This document shows positions 49,488-59,793 of a stretch of 64,000 nucleotides of DNA, piece after piece. Within the stretch, counting starts at the first letter, position 1; the number at the start of each line of letters is the position of its first letter. Origin of the DNA: Clostridiales bacterium (GTDB lineage Bacteria > Bacillota > Clostridia > Saccharofermentanales > Saccharofermentanaceae). The notes below the pieces were generated by a model that saw only the letters and a program-made list of their open reading frames with translations, did no database searches and was not told the DNA's origin. The stretch covers positions 96,001-160,000 of the forward strand of contig JAFWDK010000010.1 of assembly GCA_017513085.1 (NCBI GenBank), given 5' to 3'. A program made the position numbers and the translations under genes.

Positions 49488-50078
49488 ATGGAACGTTTTT
49501 TAGTTGCAAGTAAGAATAAAGATAAGATCCATGAGATCTCGGAGATCCTTTCAGAGTGTCCTTTTGAAATCGTAGGCATGGAGAATATCGGGATCCATAC
49601 TGATGTTGTGGAAGATGCGGATTCTTTTCAAGGAAATGCGCTTCTGAAAGCAACGGCGATCCATAAACAGGTCGGCGGGTATGTAATGGCCGACGACTCC
49701 GGTCTTTGCATCGATGCGCTCGACGGGGCGCCGGGTATTTATTCTTCGCGTTTCTGTGGAGAAGATTCCACATATCAGGAGAAGTTTGAGAAGATCTGGG
49801 AAATGCTCAAGGATGTTCCGAAGGAGCAGTGGACCGCACACTTTGTTTGCGCAATCGCCGTAGTTCGTCCGGATGGCAGTCATTTTGTGGTTCAGGAACA
49901 GTGCGATGGCGTACTGCTTGACAGCCCACGTGGCGAGAATGGTTTCGGATATGATCCAATCTTCTTTGTACCGGAGTTAGGAAAAACAACTGCGGAGATT
50001 TCCGATGAAGAGAAAAATGCAATCAGCCATCGGGGTAAGGCACTTCGTTCAATGCTTGCCATTTTGAAAGAAAAATGA
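49488..50078 (+). CDS. rdgB: Non-canonical purine NTP pyrophosphatase (RdgB/HAM1)
   Basis: ADDSGL, GFGYDPIF, KNAISHR; AAGGAGG RBS. Confidence 0.96.
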   Translation: MERFLVASKNKDKIHEISEILSECPFEIVGMENIGIHTDVVEDADSFQGNALLKATAIHKQVGGYVMADDSGLCIDALDGAPGIYSSRFCGEDSTYQEKFEKIWEMLKDVPKEQWTAHFVCAIAVVRPDGSHFVVQEQCDGVLLDSPRGENGFGYDPIFFVPELGKTTAEISDEEKNAISHRGKALRSMLAILKEK

Positions 50079-50156
50079 TATACTTTCCTGCGTGCACAAG
50101 TGTACACGCACCGTGGACACTTGGAACAGGTAGATTTCTTTCCGAAGAGGCTGTAT

Positions 50157-50600
50157 ATGTCTGAAAACAACGACTATTTACTTGTAAAAGCGGACGTTTT
50201 GCCTGAAGTGTTTGTTAAGGTAATGGAGGCGAAGCGCCTTTTAAATTCCGGAAAAGCACTTTCTGTTAATGAGGCCGTGAAAATGGTTTCTCTTTCCCGC
50301 AGTGCGTATTATAAGTACAAAGATGCGGTAATGCCTTTCTATGAAACCAGTCAGGGAAAGATCGTGACGCTGATCGTTGCGGTCGAAAATTTTCCGGGTA
50401 TTCTGGCCGGTATTATTCAGTGTATCGCCTTTGTTAAAGGAAATATCCTCACGATCAATCAGAATATTCCGATCAATGGACTCGCGGATGTGTCTGTTTC
50501 TATGGAGACGGATCGCATGACTGAGTCCATCGATGTTTTGATCAAAGAGGTGCAGAATATTCCGGGAGTTCGTTCCTGCAGAATTATGGCTAGGGAGTGA
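50157..50600 (+). CDS. ACT-domain regulator (PheB/ThrR family)
   Basis: DVLPEVF, SRSAYYKYKD, NILTINQNIP. Confidence 0.9.
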   Translation: MSENNDYLLVKADVLPEVFVKVMEAKRLLNSGKALSVNEAVKMVSLSRSAYYKYKDAVMPFYETSQGKIVTLIVAVENFPGILAGIIQCIAFVKGNILTINQNIPINGLADVSVSMETDRMTESIDVLIKEVQNIPGVRSCRIMARE

Positions 50601-50605
50601 TAGAG

Positions 50606-51832
50606 ATGAAAAGCATTGCTATTTTAGGTTTTGGTGTAGTTGGATGTGGTGTGGCGGAAGTCATTGCCATGAATCACGAGCGTATTGCAAAGAGACTGGG
50701 AGAAGAACTGGTGGTCAAGAAGATCCTTGATATCAGAGAGTTTCCGGACAGCCCTTTTGCATCGTTGGTCACCAATAAGAAAGAAGACGTATTTGATGAT
50801 CCGGAGATCTCGATCGTGGTCGAGACGATCGGTGGTGCAAGAATTGCTTATGAATACACGAAGATGGCTCTTTCCGCAGGAAAGACTGTCGTGACGTCGA
50901 ACAAAGAACTGGTTTCCACTCATGGTGTGGAACTGGTCAAGCTTGCTCGTGAAAACAATTGCAATTATCTTTTCGAAGCTTCTGTCGGTGGCGGTATTCC
51001 GATCATCCGCCCGCTGCACCGTTGCCTGGCAGCGAATAAAGTCGAGCGTATTGCCGGAATCGTCAATGGTACTACAAACTATATTCTTACGCAGATGGCA
51101 GAGAATGGCTCTGATTTTGATTCGGCGCTAAAGGAAGCACAGGCCAAAGGATATGCTGAGCAGAATCCTTCCGCTGATATCGATGGTATAGATGCACAAA
51201 GAAAGATCGCGATCTTAAGTACGATCGCCCTGGACGGCGCATATGTCGATCCTACCAAACTGTTTACAGTAGGTATCACAGCCATCACGACCAAAGATAT
51301 GGAATATGCCAGAGAGATGAATGCATCGATCAAACTTCTGGCGGTATTTGAAAATGACGACGAAGGTGCTTTTGCCTATGTAGCGCCGCATCTGGTGTCC
51401 AAAGAACATCCTCTTGCTTGTGCGAACGATGTGTTTAACGCAATCATGGTTACCGGTAATGCGGTCGGTGATGCGATGTTTTACGGCCAGGGTGCAGGTA
51501 AAATGGCTACGGCATCGGCAGTTGTGGGGGACGTGATGGACGCGGCTGAACATGAGACTCGTGATGCCCATGTGGCAGAGTGGTTCGAAGCCGGCGATGT
51601 TCTCGCACCGATCGAGAAGCACCATATTTCGGTTCTTCTCAGACTTCCGGCAGATGTATCAGAAGATACGGTTTCTGAGGCTTTCCCGGAGATTTCCATG
51701 CAGCCTTGTGTTTACGAAGCTGAAGGGGAGAAAGCGTTTATCCTCGGAAAAGAAGGGGATATGACAGAGGCACAGTTAGCCGTAGGTCTGGAAAGCTTCG
51801 AGAATATTATAAGTGTGATTAGAATATTCTGA
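50606..51832 (+). CDS. hom: Homoserine dehydrogenase
   Basis: GFGVVG, FEASVGGGIP, NGTTNYIL, GQGAG. Confidence 0.96.
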   Translation: MKSIAILGFGVVGCGVAEVIAMNHERIAKRLGEELVVKKILDIREFPDSPFASLVTNKKEDVFDDPEISIVVETIGGARIAYEYTKMALSAGKTVVTSNKELVSTHGVELVKLARENNCNYLFEASVGGGIPIIRPLHRCLAANKVERIAGIVNGTTNYILTQMAENGSDFDSALKEAQAKGYAEQNPSADIDGIDAQRKIAILSTIALDGAYVDPTKLFTVGITAITTKDMEYAREMNASIKLLAVFENDDEGAFAYVAPHLVSKEHPLACANDVFNAIMVTGNAVGDAMFYGQGAGKMATASAVVGDVMDAAEHETRDAHVAEWFEAGDVLAPIEKHHISVLLRLPADVSEDTVSEAFPEISMQPCVYEAEGEKAFILGKEGDMTEAQLAVGLESFENIISVIRIF

Positions 51833-51877
51833 TTCATAAAGAAAGAAGTCTGTGAAAAATAAAGGAGGACAAACAAC

Positions 51878-52435
51878 ATGAACATGCAAGAAGTTTTCAG
51901 TAATTACCCGCAGATCGCCGATAAAGCTGCGCAGACAGGTAAGATCAAACCAAATGTACTTACCAAAAAAGCTTTTGCCAATGCGGACGAGCAGTGGAAC
52001 AGACTGTTTCCGGAAGAACTGGCTAAGCTTAATGATGAGATCGCCAATGCAGAACTGTATTTTAAAAAAGCTTATTGTACTCCTACAGCGATCTGCTATA
52101 ACAGTGTCGGCTGCTTCTTCGTGATTCCCGTAAAGGATATAATTTGGGTCTATGTTCGCGTTGTAAAAGAGAGCATGAATTTCATTCCGACCGGAAAGAT
52201 CCATCAGATCTGGGTCGTAGACAGAAGCGGTGAGACCTATCTTATCTGTGACAAAAACACAGGTCCTTTTACCAAACAGAGCCCTGCTGAGGAAGTCCTC
52301 CAGCAGATGAAGAGCATCATGGATCCGGTTCGTCCGGGTATATTCTATGGATATTCCAAAGAATTAGAAGCTTTTGTTCGTGGAAATCTTCCGGGCGCTG
52401 CAGCACAGGTTGATAACGCATCTTCGGCTCAGTAA
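51878..52435 (+). CDS. Hypothetical protein
   Basis: Strong AAAGGAGG RBS; 185-aa ORF followed by a terminator. Confidence 0.75.
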   Translation: MNMQEVFSNYPQIADKAAQTGKIKPNVLTKKAFANADEQWNRLFPEELAKLNDEIANAELYFKKAYCTPTAICYNSVGCFFVIPVKDIIWVYVRVVKESMNFIPTGKIHQIWVVDRSGETYLICDKNTGPFTKQSPAEEVLQQMKSIMDPVRPGIFYGYSKELEAFVRGNLPGAAAQVDNASSAQ

Positions 52436-52457
52436 GCGAGATCATCTCATAATAACG

Positions 52458-52492
52458 AAAACCACTTTCCATTGACCGGAAAGTGGTTTTTT
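52458..52492. terminator. Bidirectional terminator
   Basis: AAAACCACTTTCC-loop-GGAAAGTGGTTTT. Confidence 0.9.
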
Positions 52493-52535
52493 GTTGTTTT
52501 AACTGCAATGTAAGTTAAAAGCTTCTTCGCTAAGA

Positions 52536-54446
52536 TTATAACTGATTGGCACCATAGTCTGCGTAAAGTGTCATCATTTCATTCATCAGAGAATTCATCT
52601 GCTGCTGGAGCTTGCTGAGTTCTTTGAGATTCTTGGCATCGATGGCAAGGCGGATCTCTTTAAAGATGGAGACATACTCGGAAGTATCCTTAGCCAGGTG
52701 GTTGCGGATCGAATCGATCTCCTTCCAAAGCGCTACATCGTAACTGTTCATCGGATCATGGAATGGTACGACATTTCTGATCTGAGAGAGATTGTTCGGG
52801 ATGATTCTCTCAGACAGCTCCATCTGCCAGCGGTCTAACATAGCATGCGCATAGGAAGAAATAAGCTTATCACTGAAAACTCCGCCTGCGCAAAGGATCG
52901 GGATCATGTCGTCGTCCTTCAGAAGACAGCGCAAAGAATCATATACAGTTGCCGGCGGTGTGCCGAAGAGCTTGTCACGTTCTTCTGTAGAATAGTGTGA
53001 AAAGATATCATCTTCGCAACGATAGACCTTATCTTTTTCGAGGTATTCAGCCTCTTCGCCATAACCCTTGCAGAATTCCTTTTCCAGTTCCTGTGTGGAA
53101 TGACCGGAAGAGACGGCATACTCGATACCGTCCAGCATGCACTGGTATGCTGCAGACAAGCAAAGATATGTGTTGGTATGCGGATTAGGGGAGCGGATCT
53201 CGAAACGCGTCTGTACCGAACTGTCGGAATTACGGATCAATCCGAGAAGAACAGAACGGTTACGGGACGGGGTATGCAGATCACGTCCGATCGAAGCGAC
53301 AGCATGTGTCGGTGCTTCAAATCCGGGCTGCAAACGAAGGAAAGCGTCTGTAGTTACGGAAATGAACGGGTTGATGAGCGGGTAGTGCTTCATGAATCCC
53401 ATCAGAGCGCCCCATCCGATCGTGCCGAGGAAATCGGTCTTCATATCCTTAGGACTAAACAGATTGACCTTGTGTCCATCCTTCATAAAAGCAACGGCAT
53501 TAACGTGTGTGTGTTCACCGGAACCGGCAACTCCGGACAACGGCTTAGCACAGAAACTGACTTCAAGACCATGCATACGGAAGATCTCTTTGATAAAGAT
53601 TCTGGCCATCAGCTCATAATCCGCGGCCTGAAGAGCATTGGAATAATGCCAGTCTACTTCGAGCTGCTCCATAATATTGTGGAAATCGCCTGCGTCGGAA
53701 AGGTGAGCCTTAACACCACCGACTTCTTTATGTCCCATTTCCGGTTCAAAACCATAAAGCTCAAGGAGAAGCACTGTCTGTTCCAAAGCAGTACGTACGA
53801 CACCCTTCGTCCGCTTCCAGTACTGTTCTTTAAGACTCTGGGAGGTAGATAGAACTCTTGTGTTGATCTTCTCTTCAGGAGAGCTTACCCAGAACTCAAG
53901 TTCTGTAGCTGTGGTCAACTCGATACGGTCGAACTCATCAATGCTGAAGCCGAGTTCATCACAAAGTGAAGGATTTTCACGAAGGTATCTTTCCAGTTCG
54001 GAAGCGAAGCGGTCAGCGCAACGCTTGAGAATGGAACGGGAACATACTTTATCACCATTGTGGATCAGGAAAGAAGGAATTCGGAGCGTGCCGACCGGAA
54101 GGTTGAGTTCAGGATCGATATGCTCGTAGTTATAATCAACAAACCACATGACATTGAGATCCGGTTCGAAGTCTACGCGGCCATCGTTCAGAGTGGCAAT
54201 GCCGGGAAGCTCAACAGAGGAACCGTCAGTCTGCACTACACAACCATTAAGATATCCTTGGAGATTGTCGACGAAGTTGATGATCGGGATCTTCTCATCA
54301 GTATCGTTACCGGCAAGGTCAATGCCGACAAAAGAAACGAATTTGATCTCCGGATGCTCACCCAGGATCTTCTCTAAGTCTTCCGCATTATGTGTTTTCG
54401 GTGGCAACAGATAAAGCAGGTTCGTGTAGATTCGAAAGTTTGTCAT
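52536..54446 (-). CDS. glnA: Glutamine synthetase (long clostridial type)
   Basis: TDGSS, TELEF, GHKEV, GVAGSGEHTH, RLQPGFEAP, SRNRS, RFEIRSP. Confidence 0.92.
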   Translation of the reverse strand: MTNFRIYTNLLYLLPPKTHNAEDLEKILGEHPEIKFVSFVGIDLAGNDTDEKIPIINFVDNLQGYLNGCVVQTDGSSVELPGIATLNDGRVDFEPDLNVMWFVDYNYEHIDPELNLPVGTLRIPSFLIHNGDKVCSRSILKRCADRFASELERYLRENPSLCDELGFSIDEFDRIELTTATELEFWVSSPEEKINTRVLSTSQSLKEQYWKRTKGVVRTALEQTVLLLELYGFEPEMGHKEVGGVKAHLSDAGDFHNIMEQLEVDWHYSNALQAADYELMARIFIKEIFRMHGLEVSFCAKPLSGVAGSGEHTHVNAVAFMKDGHKVNLFSPKDMKTDFLGTIGWGALMGFMKHYPLINPFISVTTDAFLRLQPGFEAPTHAVASIGRDLHTPSRNRSVLLGLIRNSDSSVQTRFEIRSPNPHTNTYLCLSAAYQCMLDGIEYAVSSGHSTQELEKEFCKGYGEEAEYLEKDKVYRCEDDIFSHYSTEERDKLFGTPPATVYDSLRCLLKDDDMIPILCAGGVFSDKLISSYAHAMLDRWQMELSERIIPNNLSQIRNVVPFHDPMNSYDVALWKEIDSIRNHLAKDTSEYVSIFKEIRLAIDAKNLKELSKLQQQMNSLMNEMMTLYADYGANQL

Positions 54447-54629
54447 AGTGTTTGCACCTTTCGTTATATAAAATCAGAGTCATTATACCATTAAATTTCA
54501 AAAGTACTACTTCCGTCATTTATAGAAATTCCACTAAATTCTGTGGCGGATTGTCCATATTAATAATATAATTACCATATAAGTACACAAATTGGGGATA
54601 GCCCTTGTTTGATTTGATGGAGGTCATCT

Positions 54630-54986
54630 ATGAAAGTTTGTGATTGTGCAAATCTTCTTAAGGCAAAGATCTTAGTGGAATCGGATAATTTTGAAGCGGA
54701 TCTGCAGATTGCCTGCGGTTCCGATCTTATGAGTGATGTTATGGCATTCAGCAGTGATGAAAGCCAGATCATGATCACCGGACTTGTTAATCCGCAGACG
54801 ATCCGCACTGCCGAGATGCTGGATGTTAAAGTGATCATTTTCGTCCGTGGAAAGATCCCGGATGAAACCATGCAGCAGTTAGCATATGAGAAGGGAATCG
54901 GGCTCATGAGCACACCTTTGTCCATGTTTACATGCTGCGGTCTGCTGTATGAGGCCGGCCTTCGAGGGAAGGAGGGTGCCGTATAG
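54630..54986 (+). CDS. DRTGG-domain protein
   Basis: ACGSDLMSDV, ITGLVNPQTIRTAEM, FVRGK. Confidence 0.88.
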   Translation: MKVCDCANLLKAKILVESDNFEADLQIACGSDLMSDVMAFSSDESQIMITGLVNPQTIRTAEMLDVKVIIFVRGKIPDETMQQLAYEKGIGLMSTPLSMFTCCGLLYEAGLRGKEGAV

Positions 54987-55405
54987 AACCGTTAGTACGT
55001 CAATATGAGATCCGTGCGAACGACTTTACGCACGCAGGAGAAGCTTCTTCCGCGATGAAGAAATCTTTGAGTCGTCTGGGCGTCAAAGCGGAAGACATCA
55101 AGCGTGCCTCGATCGCCATGTATGAAGCGGAAATCAATGCCGTGATCCACGGCCATGGAGGAATGGCTGAGGTCAGCGTATTCCCTGAGAAAGTCGTCAT
55201 TGTGATCGAAGATCACGGACCGGGTATTCCTGATCTTGATCAGGCTATGGTTGCCGGTTGGTCAACCGCTCCGGATATCGCAAGGGAAATGGGATTCGGC
55301 GCCGGTATGGGACTGCCGAACATTAAGAAGAATTGTGATGAACTGAATATTGATACAAAGATCGGAGAAGGTACGAAAGTCACGATGATCATTCAGTTCA
55401 GGTAA
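54983..55405 (+). CDS. Anti-sigma-factor-type Ser/Thr kinase (HATPase_c); probable ATA start
   Basis: YEAEINAVIH, DHGPGI, GFGAGMGL; conserved DFTHAGEASS lies upstream of the first ATG (55055). Confidence 0.85.
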   Translation: MEPLVRQYEIRANDFTHAGEASSAMKKSLSRLGVKAEDIKRASIAMYEAEINAVIHGHGGMAEVSVFPEKVVIVIEDHGPGIPDLDQAMVAGWSTAPDIAREMGFGAGMGLPNIKKNCDELNIDTKIGEGTKVTMIIQFR

Positions 55406-55432
55406 GTTGAGCAGGATTTTGCGAGGATTAAA

Positions 55433-56764
55433 GTGAAGAAACTACACAGTGTGTCATTAATAGGAGACCTATGCGTCGGATGCACCAATTGTATCAAGGG
55501 GTGTCCGACTCAAGCGATCCGAGTCAGGGGCGGGAAGGCGACGATTTACGATATCCGCTGTATCGACTGCGCCCAGTGCATCCGTATCTGCCCGTATCAC
55601 GCAAAGATCGCCGTTACCGATACGCTTGAAGAACGGCTGTCTGCGGCAAGCGGAAAAGTCAAGGTGGCTATTGTCAATCCGGCGCTTTTGACGCAGTTTG
55701 AGCACAATGTCAGCCGTATCGATGTATTGAAGGCTGTGCGTCAGCTTGGTTTTGACTATGTATTCGATGAATCGATCGGATATGCGGGGTATGTATCCGC
55801 GGCGCGGCAGATGATCGCGGAAAAGCAGGAAGCCCTGAAAGACTGTTCCGATGATGAGATCAGCGAGGTGTTCCCGATGATCTCCACGACGTGCCCGGTA
55901 GTGGTCCGTCTGATCCAGATGAAGTATCGTGCGCTGATTTCGCATCTGGTGACTTTGGATTCGCCGATGGAGCTTACGGCGCAACATGCGATCGATTATC
56001 TGTGCCTGAAACTACAGATACCCCGGACGCTGATATATATCTGCTATATTTCGCCTTGCCCTGCCAAGGTAACAGCCGTGATCAATCCGCTATGGAAGAA
56101 AAAGTCTCTGATTTCAACCTGTGTTGGTATTCATGATGTTTATCCGCAGCTTCGAAGCCTCTTGGACAAAGTCACGAATCATGACAGTTTGACGCATGAA
56201 GAGCAGAGAGCGATCCATATCTCAGAACCTATCGGCCTTCGATGTGCCGCGATCGGTGGTGAGACTTCCAGTATCGGTATCGAGAATTACCTTACGGTCG
56301 ATGGAATAGAGAATATTATTGATATCCTGGAAGAAATTGACAGAGATAACATCAAAAACATCGCATATGTTGAGGCGACATGCTGCTTCGGCGGTTGCAT
56401 CGGCGGTCCGCTTACAGTTATGAACCGCTTTACCGCCAGCGCGAAACTTCGTGATCATGTTCACGATTTTTTCCTGGAAAAAGAACTTTTCCCGAACCAG
56501 ATCGTGCATGAGGACGATATTATTCCTCAGGTGTGGGAACTTCCGCTTCCTGAAAATCATGCTATGCGTCTTTCCGAGAATATCGGCGAGGCTATGACAA
56601 AGTACGAACAGATCGATGAGATCCTGTCGACATTGCCGCAGCTGGACTGCGGTGCCTGCGGCGCGCCTTCCTGTGCGGCTATGGCAGAAGATATCGTGCA
56701 GGGACGTGCCAGTATCAATAACTGCATTATCCGTGCCAAGAGAAATAAATTGAAAGAAGAGTAA
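55433..56764 (+). CDS. Group D (putative sensory) [FeFe]-hydrogenase-like Fe-S protein
   Basis: Two [4Fe-4S] motifs; H-cluster-like motifs STTCPV, ISPCPAK, EATCCFGGCIGG; C-terminal DCGACGAPSC..C. Confidence 0.85.
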   Translation: MKKLHSVSLIGDLCVGCTNCIKGCPTQAIRVRGGKATIYDIRCIDCAQCIRICPYHAKIAVTDTLEERLSAASGKVKVAIVNPALLTQFEHNVSRIDVLKAVRQLGFDYVFDESIGYAGYVSAARQMIAEKQEALKDCSDDEISEVFPMISTTCPVVVRLIQMKYRALISHLVTLDSPMELTAQHAIDYLCLKLQIPRTLIYICYISPCPAKVTAVINPLWKKKSLISTCVGIHDVYPQLRSLLDKVTNHDSLTHEEQRAIHISEPIGLRCAAIGGETSSIGIENYLTVDGIENIIDILEEIDRDNIKNIAYVEATCCFGGCIGGPLTVMNRFTASAKLRDHVHDFFLEKELFPNQIVHEDDIIPQVWELPLPENHAMRLSENIGEAMTKYEQIDEILSTLPQLDCGACGAPSCAAMAEDIVQGRASINNCIIRAKRNKLKEE

Positions 56765-56767
56765 TTT

Positions 56768-57118
56768 ATGGGAAAAACGGTTTCTGAAATTATCAGCGCA
56801 ATGAATCTGAATGTTCTGACGGAGGTATATCGTCCGGATGCCTTGATCGAAAAAGGATACGCAGGAGACATGCTCAGCCATGTTATGGCGCATCTTCAGA
56901 CAGATGAGTGCTGGTTTACGATCTTAAACAGCATGAATGTGATTGCTGTGGCTTCTCTGAACGAGTGTGCGCTTGTAATACTTACGGAAGATGTTGTACT
57001 TCAGGAAGCAGTCCTGGTAAAAGCAAAGACTGAAGAGATCTGTGTTTGCTCAACATCTCTCGATACATACACAGCTTGTGCGGTGCTGGCCGGCATTCTG
57101 GAAACTTCGGAGGTCTGA
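56768..57118 (+). CDS. DRTGG-like domain protein
   Basis: GYAGDMLSHVM, WFTI..NVIAVA. Confidence 0.82.
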   Translation: MGKTVSEIISAMNLNVLTEVYRPDALIEKGYAGDMLSHVMAHLQTDECWFTILNSMNVIAVASLNECALVILTEDVVLQEAVLVKAKTEEICVCSTSLDTYTACAVLAGILETSEV

Positions 57119-57127
57119 TCTTTTCAA

Positions 57128-57886
57128 GTGGCACTGTTTCTTTGTGATCTGCATATGCATTCCGCTTTATCTCCCTGCGCGGAAAATGACATGACGCCGG
57201 GGAACATGGTTTCTATGGCCTTTTTAAACGGTTTGGAAGTGATTGCCATTACGGATCATTGCAGTAGTAAGAATTGTGCGGCTGCCATTGAGTGTTCCAG
57301 ACAACTGAAGGCTGAGCAAGGTCGTGCGCCTCTGGTCATTCCCGGAATGGAGATCGAGGTGGCAGAAGGCTTTCATGTTCTCGGGCTTTTTCCTGATTGT
57401 GAAAGAGCGATGGAGTTCGATGCGTTTCTGACCTCAAGAAGACCGAAGATAAAAAACAGAGTAGAAATCTTCGGAAATCAGTATGTCATGAACGATGACG
57501 ATGAAGTGGTCGAAGAGATTGAAAATCTTCTTTCCACAGGCTCTGATGTTTCCATGATCGAACTATATACAAAGCTCGATTCTCTGGGTGCGGCGGCGAT
57601 CCCGGCGCATATCGATAAAGATTCATACAGTATGGTGGCGTCTCTGGGTACCGTGCCGGAAGAATGGAAGGGAAGACTTCTTGAGGTAAGTAAGCGTTGC
57701 AACCTCCCGGAATTCTGGGATGCGCATCCGGAACTGGCTACCTATCACTATATCGTGGATTCTGATGCTCACCAGCTCGTAGATATCGCCGATCCCGGTT
57801 ATTCGTTAAAGCTTCCTATCGAAAAAAGTCCCGATCTTGATGCGGCAACTTTTGTCAATGCGTTGCGGGATTTAATGAGAAAGTGA
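57128..57886 (+). CDS. PHP-domain phosphoesterase
   Basis: DLHMHSALSPC, ITDH, PAHID, SDAH. Confidence 0.9.
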   Translation: MALFLCDLHMHSALSPCAENDMTPGNMVSMAFLNGLEVIAITDHCSSKNCAAAIECSRQLKAEQGRAPLVIPGMEIEVAEGFHVLGLFPDCERAMEFDAFLTSRRPKIKNRVEIFGNQYVMNDDDEVVEEIENLLSTGSDVSMIELYTKLDSLGAAAIPAHIDKDSYSMVASLGTVPEEWKGRLLEVSKRCNLPEFWDAHPELATYHYIVDSDAHQLVDIADPGYSLKLPIEKSPDLDAATFVNALRDLMRK

Positions 57887-57964
57887 TATAATGTACGGGT
57901 TGACAATAACAAATATGGAACTGAAGTGCTTTTCCAGAGGAACACGGGAAAGCGGGGAGTTTTT

Positions 57965-58519
57965 TTGAGAGAGTTATCGCTTCATATTCTGGATATCCTG
58001 ACGAATTCGACGCGAGCCGGAGCGACTCTGGTGACGCTGACGATCGACATGAGATCAAAGGAAGACCGGTTGATCATTTCTTTTGAAGACAATGGTTGCG
58101 GAATGAGCGAGGAATTTGTCTCGAAGGTGACCGATCCGTTTTCAACTACTCGAAACACAAGAAAAGTGGGGCTGGGTCTTCCTTTGCTGAAAGAGCTTTG
58201 TGAGTTGACGGGCGGAAGCCTGGAGATCTCGTCGAAGCTTGGTGAGGGAACTTTGGTCAGGGCAATATTGGTTCCGTCTTCCATTGATTGTCTGCCTTTA
58301 GGCGATGTGGGAGAGTCACTGGCCGGCCTTGCCGGAACATACGAGCACTCGTGTGATTTTGTGGTGGTTTTCCAGCATGATGTCAAGGGAAAGTCGGTGA
58401 TCGATACCCGAGAGATCAAGGAGAAGCTTGATGGTATGTCGCTGCAAGAGCCGGAGATCTATTTGTTTTTGTGTGATTATTATCGCGAACAACAAGAATC
58501 AATACTTGGAGGTTTATAG
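57965..58519 (+). CDS. HATPase_c (histidine-kinase-like) ATP-binding protein of hyd clusters
   Basis: MRELSLHILDI (TTG start), DNGCGM, DPFSTTR.TRKVGLGLP, PLGD. Confidence 0.88.
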   Translation: MRELSLHILDILTNSTRAGATLVTLTIDMRSKEDRLIISFEDNGCGMSEEFVSKVTDPFSTTRNTRKVGLGLPLLKELCELTGGSLEISSKLGEGTLVRAILVPSSIDCLPLGDVGESLAGLAGTYEHSCDFVVVFQHDVKGKSVIDTREIKEKLDGMSLQEPEIYLFLCDYYREQQESILGGL

Positions 58520-58520
58520 T

Positions 58521-58886
58521 ATGAAATCATTAGCAGAACTCGAAGCAATCAAGAACAAGGCAAAGGCAGACATGTCTGCAAGATCTGAAGCAGGTAAGCG
58601 CATCGTTGTCGGTATGGCTACTTGCGGTATCGCTGCAGGCGCACGTCCGGTTATGACTGCAATCGTAGAAGAACTGAAGACACGTGGTATTGATGATGTA
58701 GCGGTTACTATGACAGGTTGCATCGGTCTTTGCAAGTATGAGCCGATCGTTGAGGTTATCGATACTGACGGATCTAAGGTTACATACATTAAGATGGACC
58801 CGAACAAGGCTAAGCGTATGGTTGCTGAGCATATCGTAAATGGTCAGGTTTGCGAAGATCTTACTATCGCTACCGCTCAGCTTTAA
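58521..58886 (+). CDS. Thioredoxin-like [2Fe-2S] ferredoxin (HndB/HydD-like)
   Basis: VGMATCGIAAGA, TGCIGLCKYEP, EHIVNG. Confidence 0.92.
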   Translation: MKSLAELEAIKNKAKADMSARSEAGKRIVVGMATCGIAAGARPVMTAIVEELKTRGIDDVAVTMTGCIGLCKYEPIVEVIDTDGSKVTYIKMDPNKAKRMVAEHIVNGQVCEDLTIATAQL

Positions 58887-58904
58887 TAGAATGGATGGGA
58901 ACAC

Positions 58905-59648
58905 ATGATCATTTCCCAACCTTTTAAGTCGTTTCAAGTTGACTCTCTTTCAAAAAGGTGGGTAGCAGTATTGCTCCTCCTTTTTGTTTGGGGAGTCTCT
59001 TTTTGGTTCTTTCTGACTCCGCCGGGAGACTCGGATTTCTCCCAGATCATGTTCTGGTATGAAGATATGATGAAGGCAGAAGATGCTTATATTTTCGTGT
59101 CTCAGCATCCGTTCAACGATGTCGTTACGATCGGAAATCTCGTGTATGCGTTTTCATGCGTGGCATATGTGTTTTTCCTTTTGCTTTCGGCATTGTTCTA
59201 TTTTGTTCTTTATGTCTGTGATCTGCGGGAAGTTCCTCTTAAAAAAGCACCGAAGATATACTTATCACGGGTCGGATGGGTGTTTCTGTTTGCCATAGTT
59301 GCTTTTATCCCGATCCTGATATTCCTTAATTATTTCCCGTTCATTTTTCTTTTCCTTATTCCTGCATGCTATGCGATGGCCGGTATCATTTTCTTTGAAA
59401 AGAAAAATGCGTTCTCTGCCGTCGCCGGAAGTATTGTGGCGACATTCGGACATAAAATGTCGATTTTCCTGGAACTGATAGTGATCTCGTTTTTATACTA
59501 TCTGATCATGACGATCGTACGTGCGGTTTTGACGGATGGTTCGCCTGGAATAGCTCTGGTCAGTTCTTTTGTCACGGCATATTTCACGCTTGTAGTGGCG
59601 AGAAATATGGGGACACGTTTTCATATGATCACGATTCTGAAAAAATAA
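58905..59648 (+). CDS. Hypothetical multi-pass membrane protein
   Basis: About six hydrophobic segments. Confidence 0.75.
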   Translation: MIISQPFKSFQVDSLSKRWVAVLLLLFVWGVSFWFFLTPPGDSDFSQIMFWYEDMMKAEDAYIFVSQHPFNDVVTIGNLVYAFSCVAYVFFLLLSALFYFVLYVCDLREVPLKKAPKIYLSRVGWVFLFAIVAFIPILIFLNYFPFIFLFLIPACYAMAGIIFFEKKNAFSAVAGSIVATFGHKMSIFLELIVISFLYYLIMTIVRAVLTDGSPGIALVSSFVTAYFTLVVARNMGTRFHMITILKK

Positions 59649-59793
59649 TAATTTTCATTTCGCTTTTTCGTTTGGCAAAATCACGTGAAGGTTTTTTATT
59701 TAATATGTAACTTTGTGAATTTCATCGATTGAAATTTTGTGCATATTTGCCTATTATTGTAATGTTCATGAAATATATATGGAGGACTCGAAT

